A DNA stretch of 64,000 nt, taken from the NCBI GenBank assembly GCA_017962445.1, contig JAGCVI010000021.1:3751-67750 (forward strand). The letters run 5' to 3'. The DNA is from Bacteroidales bacterium. Lineage in GTDB: Bacteria; Bacteroidota; Bacteroidia; Bacteroidales; P3. Below are positions 1-9,377 of this stretch, piece by piece. Positions within the stretch are counted from its first letter, which is position 1. Every line of letters begins with the position of its first letter. The position numbers were made by a program, and so were the translations under genes. The notes below the pieces were generated by a model. That model worked only from the letters and a program-made list of their open reading frames with translations. It did not search any database and was not told where the DNA came from.

Positions 1-2568
1 CTCGTCGTCGCAACGGGAGCCGTGCCCTTCATGCCTAGCTTCGAAAACGACGATGTCCCCGGTGTCTACACCGCCGCCGTCTTCCAGAAGATGATGAACC
101 AGGAGCACACCCTCCTCGGCCGCAACGTGCTCACCGTCGGTGCAGGCAACATCGGCTACCTCACCTCATACCAGGGCATGCAGGCCGGAGCCAACATCCG
201 CGCCATCATCGAGGCCATGCCCCGCGAGGGCGGCTTCCCTGTCCAGGCCAACCGTGTACGCCGCCTCGGCATACCCATCATGACGGGCTACACTCTCGTC
301 CGCGCCGTCCCCAACGCCGACCGCACCGCCATCACTGGCGCCGTCATCGCCAAGTGCGAGAACTTCAAGCCTATCCCGGGCACCGAACAGCTCATCGAGG
401 GCATCGACATAATCAATATCTGCACCGGCCTTGTGCCTGACAACCAGCTTTTGGTCAAAGGTCGCGATGTCTTCGGCATCAACACCTATGCCGCCGGTGA
501 CGCTGTCCGCATCGGCGAAGGCACCTCCGCCGTCCTCCGTGGCCGCCAGGCCGCCTACGAGGTCGCCCAGAACATCGGCGTCCGCTTCAACTACGACGAC
601 TATCTCGACGTCTCCCGCCAGTACATCGACTCTCAGCAGCATCCCGTCCGCATTCTCGAGCACCCCAATCTGCCGTCGCCCGAACGTATGAAGATAAAAC
701 CGTTCGTTCAGATGGACTGCCTCTACGGCTTCGCCTGCAACCCCTGCTCTTTCGCATGCCCGCAGGGCGCCATCACCAAGGCCTCTACCAACACCACGCC
801 GGTTGTCGACTACGACAAGTGCATAGGCTGCATGGAGTGCGTCTACCAGTGCCCGGGTCTCGCCATCTTTGGCTATAATGTCGAGAAACAGTGGTGCTTC
901 CTCCCGATTGAATACGAAATCGCTGAAAATACCCCCGTCTTCCTCGTCGACAACAACGGCGCCAAGATAGGGGAGGGCATCATCGAGAAAATACTTCGCA
1001 AACCCAACAAGACTAACGTCGCACGCGTCCACGTCGAGAAAGTCGACGGCACCATGACCGACATCAAGGGCTTCATCGCCAAGGACCGCTACCCCGAACC
1101 TCTTAAAAACACAGAATTCAAAAACCTTAATTCGGCCGATCCCGTCTACGTATGCCATTGCGAGGATGTCAAACTCGACGAACTCCTCAATGTCATCGGC
1201 GACCGCAAATATATCTCCGTCGACGAACTCAAGCACATCACCCGTATGGGTATGGGTCCTTGCCGCGGCAAACGCTGCATACCGCGTGCCCGTCAGATTC
1301 TCCGCGCCCACGGCATCGAGGTCGTCGGCGACGCCACTCCGCGTGCCCCGCTTTCGGCCCCCGTCACTCTCGGCGACGTCTACACCGAAGGCACCAAGGA
1401 ATGCTTTGTCTTCCCGAAGAACAACAATGTCACTCGTCGCGAGGTCCGCGTACTCATTGCCGGCGGCGGCATCGCAGGCTCCGGACTCTTCCGCTACTTC
1501 TCCGAGGCTGGCCTCAAGCCTGTACTCATCAACTGGAGCCGCGGCGCATCGTGGCGCAACATCGGTGGCGGCCGTCCGGCATTCTCCAACCCCGACATCG
1601 CTGACATCGCTACCCACAGCCACGAAATCTTCAAGTCCATACAGAAGGTCCACAATATCAACTACAAGCCTACTCGCTACGTCAACCTCGTCCACGACGA
1701 CGCTACCTACCGCGCCCTCGACGCATCGCGTGCCTGGAGCGACGCCTACATGGTCGACCGCAAGGACTTCAAGAAGGAGATTTCACCCCTCTGGGACGAC
1801 TCCCGTACCACCTACTCGCATGCCCTCATCACTCGCGACTGCTGGCAGGCCACACCGGGCCGTGTCATCGACTACATCCGCGGTATCGGCATCTCCCTCG
1901 GCGGTCAGGTCTTCGAGGATTGCGAGCTCCTCAGCGTGGCTCACCACGGCGACAAGTTCCTCGCTCTCGTACGCACTCACGAGGGTCAATACATCGAGTT
2001 CCTCGCCGACCACTTCGTCAACTCCATGGGCTGGGGCGCCGAACGCTTCACCGACATGCTCGGCATCGACACCGGCCTCTATCCCGTCAAGCACCAGGCT
2101 TTCATCACACGCCGCCTGCCGCTCATGGGTGTTAATGGCGATTCGCTCGACATGATTATCGACCGCCGTCATTACAAGGGCTTCTCCGCTGTCTACGGCC
2201 AGCAGTTCCTCCACACTGGTCAGATCATCGGTTGTGCTTCGCCCGACACCGATGCCTACGAAACTCGCCAGAATATCAAGTACAACTCCAAGGAGTTTCT
2301 CGAGATTGTCTCCGAAGTCTTCGCCGAGTGGATCCCCAACCTCCGCGAGGTGGGCTTCCATGCCGTCTGGGCCGGCCGCTACACTGAGCCGCGCTACATC
2401 GTCGACCCCTCCGTCGGTCTCCTCACCGGTCTCCGCGGTCACGGCTTCATGCTCGGCCAGTATCTCGCCAAGCTCTATGTAGACAAGTACCTCGGTCGCG
2501 AAGTGCCCTCCTACATGGCTGACCTTGCCCTCTCAGGCAAAGGCCTCTCCGAGAATGCATTCAAATAG
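1..2568 (+). CDS. multidomain FAD/NAD(P)-dependent oxidoreductase (pyridine-nucleotide-disulfide reductase module + 4Fe-4S ferredoxin + BFD-like 2Fe-2S + DAO-type FAD oxidoreductase); 5' end cut by window edge
   Basis: Frame is open from base 1 (LVVATGAVPF precedes the first Met at 22). Has GAGNIGY and AGGGIAGSG dinucleotide-binding loops, ferredoxin Cys motifs CNPCSFACP and CIGCMECVYQCP, and a CHCEDV...GPCRGKRC BFD-like motif. Confidence 0.8.
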   Translation, partial: LVVATGAVPFMPSFENDDVPGVYTAAVFQKMMNQEHTLLGRNVLTVGAGNIGYLTSYQGMQAGANIRAIIEAMPREGGFPVQANRVRRLGIPIMTGYTLVRAVPNADRTAITGAVIAKCENFKPIPGTEQLIEGIDIINICTGLVPDNQLLVKGRDVFGINTYAAGDAVRIGEGTSAVLRGRQAAYEVAQNIGVRFNYDDYLDVSRQYIDSQQHPVRILEHPNLPSPERMKIKPFVQMDCLYGFACNPCSFACPQGAITKASTNTTPVVDYDKCIGCMECVYQCPGLAIFGYNVEKQWCFLPIEYEIAENTPVFLVDNNGAKIGEGIIEKILRKPNKTNVARVHVEKVDGTMTDIKGFIAKDRYPEPLKNTEFKNLNSADPVYVCHCEDVKLDELLNVIGDRKYISVDELKHITRMGMGPCRGKRCIPRARQILRAHGIEVVGDATPRAPLSAPVTLGDVYTEGTKECFVFPKNNNVTRREVRVLIAGGGIAGSGLFRYFSEAGLKPVLINWSRGASWRNIGGGRPAFSNPDIADIATHSHEIFKSIQKVHNINYKPTRYVNLVHDDATYRALDASRAWSDAYMVDRKDFKKEISPLWDDSRTTYSHALITRDCWQATPGRVIDYIRGIGISLGGQVFEDCELLSVAHHGDKFLALVRTHEGQYIEFLADHFVNSMGWGAERFTDMLGIDTGLYPVKHQAFITRRLPLMGVNGDSLDMIIDRRHYKGFSAVYGQQFLHTGQIIGCASPDTDAYETRQNIKYNSKEFLEIVSEVFAEWIPNLREVGFHAVWAGRYTEPRYIVDPSVGLLTGLRGHGFMLGQYLAKLYVDKYLGREVPSYMADLALSGKGLSENAFK

Positions 2569-2596
2569 CAGTAGAAGCTTGATAAACCGAATTCAA

Positions 2597-2634
2597 CAAA
2601 CCCCACACAGCATTGCTTGTGTGGGGTTTGTTTT
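2597..2634 (+). terminator. hairpin + T-run terminator after the oxidoreductase gene
   Basis: 13-bp stem caaaccccacaca (2597-2609) / tgtgtggggtttg (2618-2630) followed by TTTT. Confidence 0.7.
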
Positions 2635-2681
2635 AGAAATCAAGGTGACTTCTCTTTTTTCAGAAATTCAGGATTAATCTC

Positions 2682-2726
2682 GCCCATTGGCCCTATTGGA
2701 ACCATAGGCCATATAGGAAATATCAA
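2682..2726. repeat. degenerate 9-bp tandem array (CCTATTGG-type units)
   Basis: Reads gcccattgg ccctattgg aaccatagg ccatatagg aaatatcaa. Lies between two convergent gene ends. Confidence 0.6.
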
Positions 2727-2763
2727 CCTTCAATATTAAATCTATTGCTCCTGCAATGTGCTT

Positions 2764-3321
2764 TTACGCTTCTCCGTTAACCACGTTAGAGACCATTGTC
2801 CCGTCGTCGAGGTTAAGCAAAGTCCGCCAAAAGGCATTGCCCCCATCCCTGACATGGACAATCCGCTTTTTTATGTCATCCATTAGCCATGTTTCTTTTA
2901 TAGATATGGCGTTTATCCATACATAACGCTTGCCGTCGGACGCCACACCGAAAATATATTGCCTGACGTAAGAATCAAGGGGCGGTCTGCGATAGGTGTT
3001 GATGCCTACTTTCTCGCCAGGCATGATTTTCCGGTATTTCTTGTTGAGAAGGTTTTCCGCTTCGCGAACCTCATCCATCGTCGGGATGTACTCTGTCATC
3101 TCAAATGTATGCTCTTTGCCGGAAAGATCAATGGACGTTGATTTGTAATGTTCCATGAACACATATCCCACAAGCGTTGTGTCGTCGGTTTTTGTTGTGT
3201 CGATGTCATTGACGCGGATGGCCAATACCGAGCCTTTGGTTTCTGTTTGTGCCTGCGTCTGCAGCGATGCACAGGCCGCAAGTGCAAAAAACAATAAGCC
3301 GAACAAGATTCCCTTTTTCAT
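2764..3321 (-). CDS. hypothetical lipoprotein
   Basis: 185-aa ORF with N-terminal signal peptide and lipobox-like LAACAS. No recognisable catalytic motif. Confidence 0.6.
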   Translation of the reverse strand: MKKGILFGLLFFALAACASLQTQAQTETKGSVLAIRVNDIDTTKTDDTTLVGYVFMEHYKSTSIDLSGKEHTFEMTEYIPTMDEVREAENLLNKKYRKIMPGEKVGINTYRRPPLDSYVRQYIFGVASDGKRYVWINAISIKETWLMDDIKKRIVHVRDGGNAFWRTLLNLDDGTMVSNVVNGEA

Positions 3322-3328
3322 AAAACCA

Positions 3329-3838
3329 TTACTTCAACCTCTTGAACGTGTAACGGTCTGTCCCCTCCAGATGGTGGTGGCTATACTCCTCGGGGTTGTT
3401 GTAGTATTTCTCGACAACAAGATTCTTGTTGTCGAGTTCCTTTATCTCGAAGGTAACCCACCTGTGCTCTTTCGATTCAAACCAAACAATCAACGAGTCG
3501 CCTTTGATATACCAGTTGAAATCCCAGTATGAATAGGGAAACATGCCTTGTTGTACGTAACGGTCGTTCATGTGCCATCGCGTCGTCCCGTCGGCATTGA
3601 ACTCGACTGTGTCATATCCGATATAGATGGAGTCTGTGGCGTTCACCGTATACTCGTTGTGCGTTCCTGCGGTGTGGTCGTCCACCGTATAGTGGATGTT
3701 TTGCACTTCCCATTTGCCTACAATCTGTTCATCGTAATCTGTGTCGTCGTTGCCGCATGCGGTTATCAGGGCAAGCGAAACAAAGGCGATGCAGGCCATA
3801 AAAAATATTTTTGATACGAATAGTTTAAGCTTTTTCAT
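3329..3838 (-). CDS. hypothetical lipoprotein
   Basis: 169-aa ORF with signal peptide ending LITACGNDD (lipobox Cys). Sits in tandem with the preceding lipoprotein gene. Confidence 0.6.
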   Translation of the reverse strand: MKKLKLFVSKIFFMACIAFVSLALITACGNDDTDYDEQIVGKWEVQNIHYTVDDHTAGTHNEYTVNATDSIYIGYDTVEFNADGTTRWHMNDRYVQQGMFPYSYWDFNWYIKGDSLIVWFESKEHRWVTFEIKELDNKNLVVEKYYNNPEEYSHHHLEGTDRYTFKRLK

Positions 3839-4137
3839 TGTATTAAAATGTTTTAGTTGTTAATGATTTGTTTTTTGAAGAACCGAGATTCCTTCAATCT
3901 GACACATTGGTAACATTTTTTGTAAAAAATTTACACTGCAATGAAAAAAAATCATTCAATAAAAAAAGTATAAGGTAAAACGTACCGTACCCGCACCACT
4001 ACCGCCAGAACCCGAAATTGAACTCGACCCCGATACCCACCTTCGACCTTGATATTTCTTTTCAACGTGTGAACTAACGCCCCATCATTGAATATGGGGA
4101 AAATCGGACGGGTATTCCCTTCCCTCATGAATAGGTA

Positions 4138-4172
4138 AAAAAATGCCAGTTGATTATCAACTGGCATTTTTT
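4138..4172. terminator. bidirectional hairpin terminator
   Basis: A-run, then 11-bp stem atgccagttga / tcaactggcat with a 3-nt loop, then a T-run. Lies immediately 3' of the acyl-CoA dehydrogenase gene on the minus strand. Confidence 0.7.
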
Positions 4173-4190
4173 ATCTATTGTATTTATGCT

Positions 4191-5825
4191 TTAGCAACTC
4201 AACTCGGCCAGATGCTTGCTCACCTCGCCAATCGACTCCTTCACGAAATACTTGCACGACTTCATGAAACGACCGTCTCTCTGGCTGTCAAGCAGCAGCA
4301 GGTAGCCCATGATGATGTTGCTCAGCACCTCCGTCAGCGCACGGGTGTTGTGCTCGAAACGCTCGCTCGTGGTGCCTTCCGAGGCTGCCAGCTCATACAT
4401 CTTCTTGTATTCTTCGGTAGCCTTGCGCAACGTGGCCTGGCACTGGCGCATCTCGTCGGTCATACCCTCAAAGGAGGAAGCTTTCTCGTCGTAGCTCTCA
4501 ATCTGTTTCAGGTACGCGCCGCTGGCTATGCCCTTCATGGCGGCAACAACCTGCAGCTGGCTGGTACCTTCATAAATCGAGAGGATTCTTGCATCGCGGT
4601 ACAGTCTCTCGCATGCGTATTCTTTCATGAATCCGCTGCCGCCGTGCACCTGTATGCAGTCGTAGGCGCATCTGTTGGCAAACTCGCTGGCGTTCAGCTT
4701 TACAAGCGGAGTAAGTATGTCGGCAATCCTCGATGCGGGTTTGCTGCTCGACGAAAGATCCACATAACGGGCCGTCTCGTACATCAGGCTGCGGGCACCG
4801 TCGGTGCGAGCACGCATCTGGTACAGCAAATCCTGAACGGCTACAAATTGGTCAATCGTGTGTCCGAACTGTTCGCGGCTTGCAGCGTAGGCCTCGGCCT
4901 CGCGGCAGGCGGCTTCGCACAAGCCTATCGACTGTGCTCCCACACCCAGACGTGCGCCGTTCATCAGCGACATCACGTACTTTATCAGTCCCAGCCTGCG
5001 CTCTCCAACAATCTGTGCGGGGGCGTTGTTGAACTGCAACTCGGCGGTGGGACTTCCCTTGATACCCATCTTGTTCTCGATTCTGCGTACTACCATGCCG
5101 CCGTCAGCTTTGTCAAACACAAAGTAGCTTAGTCCACGGCCGTCGTTGGTGCCCTCCTCGCTGCGTGCCAGCACAAGGTGAAGGTCGGCATCGCCATTGG
5201 TGATGAATCTCTTCACACCGTTCAGGCGCCAGCAGTTCGACTTCTCGTCCCAGGTGGCTTTCAGTCTCACCGACTGCAGGTCGCTGCCTGCGTCGGGCTC
5301 CGTAAGGTCCATCGAGCAGGTGGCTCCCTCATATATGCGTGGCAGGTATTTGTCTTTCAGCTCTTCGCTTGCAAAATGCTGTATCGTCTCGGCGCAGTCC
5401 TGCAGACCCCAAATGGTGGCGAAACCAACGTCGGCTCTTGCTATGACCTCGGCGGCCATAACCTCCACCACACGCGGAAAGTTCAGTCCGTTGTATTTGC
5501 GCTCCAAGGCCATGCCGTACAGTCCCGACTGTATCAGCGCGTCGAGGTTCTTCCTCGTGCCGGGGGCATAGTGCACACGGCCGTCAATGAGCTGTGGTCC
5601 CACATGGTCCACCTCCTCGGCGTTCGGCGCAATCACGTCTCCTGCTATGTCGCCCAGCAGCTTCATAACCATGTCGTACTGCTCCACAGCCTCCTCGGCG
5701 TTCTTCGGAGCCTCGGGGTGTGTGCCGGCCTCGGCGTAGTCTTTTTCCTTCACTGCCACCACCTGGTCCATGTCTGGATGGTGCAGGTAAAAACTAAGGT
5801 TCTCGTTATCTGTGTAAAAATTCAT
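4191..5825 (-). CDS. acyl-CoA dehydrogenase family protein (long form of about 544 aa)
   Basis: ACAD-like pattern throughout (TEPDAGSDL, RFITNG, IYEGT, QVHGGSGF). Immediately downstream of etfBA in the same orientation. Confidence 0.85.
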   Translation of the reverse strand: MNFYTDNENLSFYLHHPDMDQVVAVKEKDYAEAGTHPEAPKNAEEAVEQYDMVMKLLGDIAGDVIAPNAEEVDHVGPQLIDGRVHYAPGTRKNLDALIQSGLYGMALERKYNGLNFPRVVEVMAAEVIARADVGFATIWGLQDCAETIQHFASEELKDKYLPRIYEGATCSMDLTEPDAGSDLQSVRLKATWDEKSNCWRLNGVKRFITNGDADLHLVLARSEEGTNDGRGLSYFVFDKADGGMVVRRIENKMGIKGSPTAELQFNNAPAQIVGERRLGLIKYVMSLMNGARLGVGAQSIGLCEAACREAEAYAASREQFGHTIDQFVAVQDLLYQMRARTDGARSLMYETARYVDLSSSSKPASRIADILTPLVKLNASEFANRCAYDCIQVHGGSGFMKEYACERLYRDARILSIYEGTSQLQVVAAMKGIASGAYLKQIESYDEKASSFEGMTDEMRQCQATLRKATEEYKKMYELAASEGTTSERFEHNTRALTEVLSNIIMGYLLLLDSQRDGRFMKSCKYFVKESIGEVSKHLAELSC

Positions 5826-5867
5826 GATTCTCTTTTTTTAATTGCCTAATTTGCCTATTCCTGGGGC

Positions 5868-6890
5868 TTACTTCAAGTTCTTTTTGTAGCAGGCCATGAA
5901 CTGCGGTATCACCGTCATCACGTCGCCTATTATCGTATAGTCGGCTATGGCGTTGATAGGTGCGTCGGGGTCGGTGTTTATGGAGATGATTTTCGAACTC
6001 TGCTCCATGCCGGCACGGTGCTGCACTGCGCCGCTGATGCCACAGGCTATGTACAGTTTCGGTCTCACCGTCACACCTGTCTGACCAATCTGGCGTTCGC
6101 CCTCGGCCCAGCCGGCGTCGACGGCTGCACGGGTGGCTCCCACGCTGCCGCCAATAAGGTGTGCGAATTTGTGCAGCAGTTCGAAGTTCTCCTTGCTGCC
6201 CATGCCGTAGCCGCCGGCAACGATTATCTGCGCACCTTTGATGTCTACCTTCTGCTCCTCTATCTCGCGGCTCAGAATCTCAACGGCCTTGTCGGCTTTC
6301 TCTAATGTGCTCTCCACGGCTACAGGTATGATTTCTCCCTTGTAGTTCGGGTCAAGGATTTCTTTCTTCATCACGCCCTCGCGAACGGTGGCCATCTGCG
6401 GACGTGTCTCGGGACATACAATCGTGGCTATGATATTGCCGCCAAAGGCGGGACGTATCTGCATCAGGATGTTGTCATACGTCTTCTGGTTCTTCACGTC
6501 CTCATGGCTGCCGATTTCAAGCGACGTGCAGTCGGCCGTAAGTCCGCAACGCAGGAACGACGCGATTCTCGGCGCCAGGTCGCGCCCTACCGACGATGCT
6601 CCGAAAAGCACGATGTCGGGTTTCTGTGCCTGTATCAGCTTCGAAAGCACGTCGAAGTGCGGCAGCGTTCTGTACGGCGACAGCCTTTTGTCGTCGGCCA
6701 TGAACACCTCGTCAACGCCATATGGATACAGCGTTTCTGCAGCTGCTCGCACGTCGCTGCCCAGCACTGCAGCCTGAAGCTTCACACCCAGGCGTGTCGC
6801 CAGCTGGCGTCCTTTCGTGCACAATTCCAAACTGATGTCGGCTATCTCGTTTTTCTCCGATAGCTCGCAGTATACTAAAACATTATTCAT
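5868..6890 (-). CDS. etfA: electron transfer flavoprotein subunit alpha
   Basis: 340 aa. C-terminal FAD-binding region reads PKLYIACGISGAVQHRAGM. Adjacent to etfB. Confidence 0.9.
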   Translation of the reverse strand: MNNVLVYCELSEKNEIADISLELCTKGRQLATRLGVKLQAAVLGSDVRAAAETLYPYGVDEVFMADDKRLSPYRTLPHFDVLSKLIQAQKPDIVLFGASSVGRDLAPRIASFLRCGLTADCTSLEIGSHEDVKNQKTYDNILMQIRPAFGGNIIATIVCPETRPQMATVREGVMKKEILDPNYKGEIIPVAVESTLEKADKAVEILSREIEEQKVDIKGAQIIVAGGYGMGSKENFELLHKFAHLIGGSVGATRAAVDAGWAEGERQIGQTGVTVRPKLYIACGISGAVQHRAGMEQSSKIISINTDPDAPINAIADYTIIGDVMTVIPQFMACYKKNLK

Positions 6891-6906
6891 CTCTTTTTCT
6901 TCTTTG

Positions 6907-6976
6907 GAATCGAAAATCGAATGTTGAAAATCGACAGTGGAATACAGGAATTTTCAATCCTCAATTTTCAACTTTC
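6907..6976. repeat. degenerate 7-bp tandem array in the etfB-etfA intercistronic gap
   Basis: Ten units: gaatcga aaatcga atgttga aaatcga cagtgga atacagg aattttc aatcctc aattttc aactttc. The two halves are roughly reverse complements (gttgaaaat 6923-6931 pairs with attttcaac 6964-6972). Confidence 0.65.
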
Positions 6977-6980
6977 TTTT

Positions 6981-7781
6981 TTACAAAATGTGTTCTTTTA
7001 TCAGTGTTGCGCTGAGTTCGTCAAGTGCAGCCTCTGTAGGCTCGAGCACTACGCTTTCCTTGTGAGCAAGCACCACGTTCTCAATCTTCTTCACCTTCGT
7101 CGGCGATCCTTTCAGTCCAAGTCTGTCAAGGTCGGCATCAATGTTGTCGGCATTGATCATGCGCACCTCGTCCTTGGCCTGGCGTATCAGCCTGTGGGCG
7201 TTCGGAAAACGGCAGTCCTCGCCGGCCGATGTCACCGTTACTAGTACTGGCATGGCTGCTTTCACACATTCTGTGCCGTGCTCCAGTCGGCGGCGTATGG
7301 AAATCTCTTTCTCGTTCACCTCTAGCAGCTCTTCGGCATAGGTTATCTGTGCAATCTCAAGCTTTTCAGCTACCTGCGGACCTACTTGAGCTGTGTCGCC
7401 GTCTATAGCCTGGCGACCGCCCATGATAAGGTCTACCTTACCAATCTGCTTGATGGCCTGCGACAATGCATATGATGTCGCAAGTGTGTCGGCACCTGCA
7501 AAGCGCATGTCGCTCAACACAAAACCGTCATCAGCACCTCTCGCACAAGCGTCTTTTATTATCTCCGCAGCTCTCGGGGGTCCCATCGTTACCACGGTCA
7601 ACTTGCTGCCAGGCATGGCGTCTTTTACCCTCAGCGCCATCTCAAGCGCCTTTAAATCCTCGGGGTTGAACACTGTCGGCAGTGCAGCGCGGTTCACTGT
7701 GCCGTCCGCGTTCATGGCATCGGCACCCACGTTGTGTGTGTCGGGCACCTGTTTTGCCAATACTACTATATTCAATGACAT
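6981..7781 (-). CDS. etfB: electron transfer flavoprotein subunit beta
   Basis: 266 aa. N-terminus reads IVVLAKQVPDT, with an ETF-beta-like pattern throughout. Confidence 0.9.
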   Translation of the reverse strand: MSLNIVVLAKQVPDTHNVGADAMNADGTVNRAALPTVFNPEDLKALEMALRVKDAMPGSKLTVVTMGPPRAAEIIKDACARGADDGFVLSDMRFAGADTLATSYALSQAIKQIGKVDLIMGGRQAIDGDTAQVGPQVAEKLEIAQITYAEELLEVNEKEISIRRRLEHGTECVKAAMPVLVTVTSAGEDCRFPNAHRLIRQAKDEVRMINADNIDADLDRLGLKGSPTKVKKIENVVLAHKESVVLEPTEAALDELSATLIKEHIL

Positions 7782-7836
7782 GTCTATTGTTTTTTCTGTT
7801 CTTTGACAGGCTATGCTACTTGCATCTCCTGTGCTA

Positions 7837-8091
7837 TTATTTATTGTTTTCTACGTATTCTACTATGTCGCCCACGGTCTTGATGTTTTCCGCTGCTTCT
7901 TCAGGTATGCTGATGTCGAATTTCTGCTCTATCGACATTATCAACTCCACACTGTCCAGCGAATCGGCACCAAGGTCGTTGATGATGTTCTTCTCCAGAG
8001 TGATGTCCGATGCCGACACGCCAAGTCTTTCTTCAATGATGGCGATGACTGTTTCAGCAATCTGCTCTTTACTCATTTCTTTTTTATCCAT
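7837..8091 (-). CDS. acpP: acyl carrier protein
   Basis: 84 aa with the phosphopantetheine attachment motif [11 protein letters not shown]. Confidence 0.85.
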   Translation of the reverse strand: MDKKEMSKEQIAETVIAIIEERLGVSASDITLEKNIINDLGADSLDSVELIMSIEQKFDISIPEEAAENIKTVGDIVEYVENNK

Positions 8092-8111
8092 TGATGTATT
8101 TTTTGTGCTAC

Positions 8112-8861
8112 TTAGTTTATCGCCAAACCGCCGTCGCAGCTGATAACCTGTCCGGTAACATACGATGCCAGGTCGCTGGCCAAAAACAGCGATACGTGGG
8201 CCACGTCGGTGTCCAAGCCTCCGCGACGCAGCGGAATCTTAGTCATCCAGTCCTTGCGTACATCCTCGGGCAGCTGCTGAGTCATAGGTGTCTCTATGAA
8301 TCCGGGTGCCACAGCATTGCAACGGATGTTTCTCGAACCCAGCTCCTTGGCTATCGAACGGGTGAAGCCGATAATGCCGGCTTTCGATGCCGAGTAGTTG
8401 CACTGGCCGGCGTTGCCGTTCAGTCCCACTATCGAGCTGATGTTTATTATCGAGCCGCTTCTCTGCTTCATCATCATCGGAGCGAAGGCCTTGGTGTAGT
8501 TGAACACCGAGCGCAGGTTCACCTCCATGATCAGGTTCCAGTCCTCCACGCTCATGCGCAGTATCAGGTTGTCCTTCGTGATGCCTGCATTGTTCACCAG
8601 CACGTCAAGACGGCCGTAGTTTTCGGCTACCCAGTTGGCAACCTCTTGTGCCTGTGCATTGTCAGCAGCGTTCGAGGCCAGGAAGTCGGCTCTCACGCCT
8701 TTGGCTCTCAGTTCCGACAGCAGCGATTCGCTGTTCTCATTCTCCTTGAGGTCGGTGAAGATAATGTTTGCGCCTTCTTCTGCAAACAACAGGGCATGGC
8801 TGCGACCGATTCCGCGCGAAGCGCCGGTAATCAGAGCAGTTTTATTTTCTAACAGTTTCAT
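8112..8861 (-). CDS. fabG: 3-oxoacyl-ACP reductase (SDR family)
   Basis: Has TGASRGIG cofactor loop, NNAG, and YSASKAG catalytic Tyr/Lys. 249 aa. Confidence 0.85.
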   Translation of the reverse strand: MKLLENKTALITGASRGIGRSHALLFAEEGANIIFTDLKENENSESLLSELRAKGVRADFLASNAADNAQAQEVANWVAENYGRLDVLVNNAGITKDNLILRMSVEDWNLIMEVNLRSVFNYTKAFAPMMMKQRSGSIINISSIVGLNGNAGQCNYSASKAGIIGFTRSIAKELGSRNIRCNAVAPGFIETPMTQQLPEDVRKDWMTKIPLRRGGLDTDVAHVSLFLASDLASYVTGQVISCDGGLAIN

Positions 8862-8895
8862 ATCGTTTCAATTAATTTTCAATTATCATTTTTTA

Positions 8896-9309
8896 TTACT
8901 TGTCTGCCAGCATGAATATCAGGCTGCCTTTCGCACAGAGCTTTCCGTCAACTTTGGCTTCAGCGTCCACAAAGAATGTCAGTCCGCGTTTGGCACTGAT
9001 TTTCCCTGTCACGGTGATGGTGTCGCCAGGACGCACCTGGTTCTTAAAGCGTACTTTGTCCATTCCGGCGTAGAAGGTCAGTCGTCCGGGCAACTCTTCC
9101 AGCATCAGCGTACAACTGCACTGTCCCATGATTTCGCACAGTATTACGCCCGGAACTACCGGATAGTCAGGAAAATGACCTTGCAGAAAAAATTCGTCGC
9201 CACGTACATGGTAGTGGCCTATGGCGGTGTCGCCTTCCATTGTCACGTCATCCACAAGCAGCATAGGCTCGCGGTGCGGCAGATAATTTTTTATTTCTTC
9301 TCTATTCAT
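8896..9309 (-). CDS. fabZ: 3-hydroxyacyl-ACP dehydratase, FabZ/FabA hot-dog fold
   Basis: 137 aa. Has LPHREPMLLVD and HFPDYPVVPGVILCE motifs. Confidence 0.75.
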   Translation of the reverse strand: MNREEIKNYLPHREPMLLVDDVTMEGDTAIGHYHVRGDEFFLQGHFPDYPVVPGVILCEIMGQCSCTLMLEELPGRLTFYAGMDKVRFKNQVRPGDTITVTGKISAKRGLTFFVDAEAKVDGKLCAKGSLIFMLADK

Positions 9310-9377
9310 AGTTGTTGTTTTTTCTCAATTATTAAATCACGATTCACATGAGACGAATCATAATTAGATAAGCAATC

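Noticed and set aside
166-1695. 509-aa minus-strand ORF, plus several shorter ORFs in other frames, inside the first gene
   Set aside because: The translation is an Asp/Ala/Gly/Val-rich low-complexity shadow of a high-GC3 gene. The plus-strand frame has clear FAD, ferredoxin and BFD motifs. The same applies to 1166-2155 (+) and 1783-2442 (-).
3952-4167. 71-aa minus-strand ORF that starts inside the terminator hairpin, with a faint beta-barrel-like C-terminal pattern
   Set aside because: It begins within the hairpin at 4143-4167 and has no signal peptide or upstream context. At most it is a decayed gene fragment, and this could not be supported by eye.
4143-5132. 329-aa plus-strand ORF antisense to the acyl-CoA dehydrogenase gene (also 5178-5849 +)
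   Set aside because: It has no motifs, starts inside the terminator hairpin, and is fully overlapped by a well-supported ACAD frame.
8091-8852. 253-aa plus-strand ORF antisense to fabG (similar cases: 9468-10259 on fabF, 10944-11483 on fabH)
   Set aside because: These are antisense shadows of genes with unambiguous SDR and KAS motifs.
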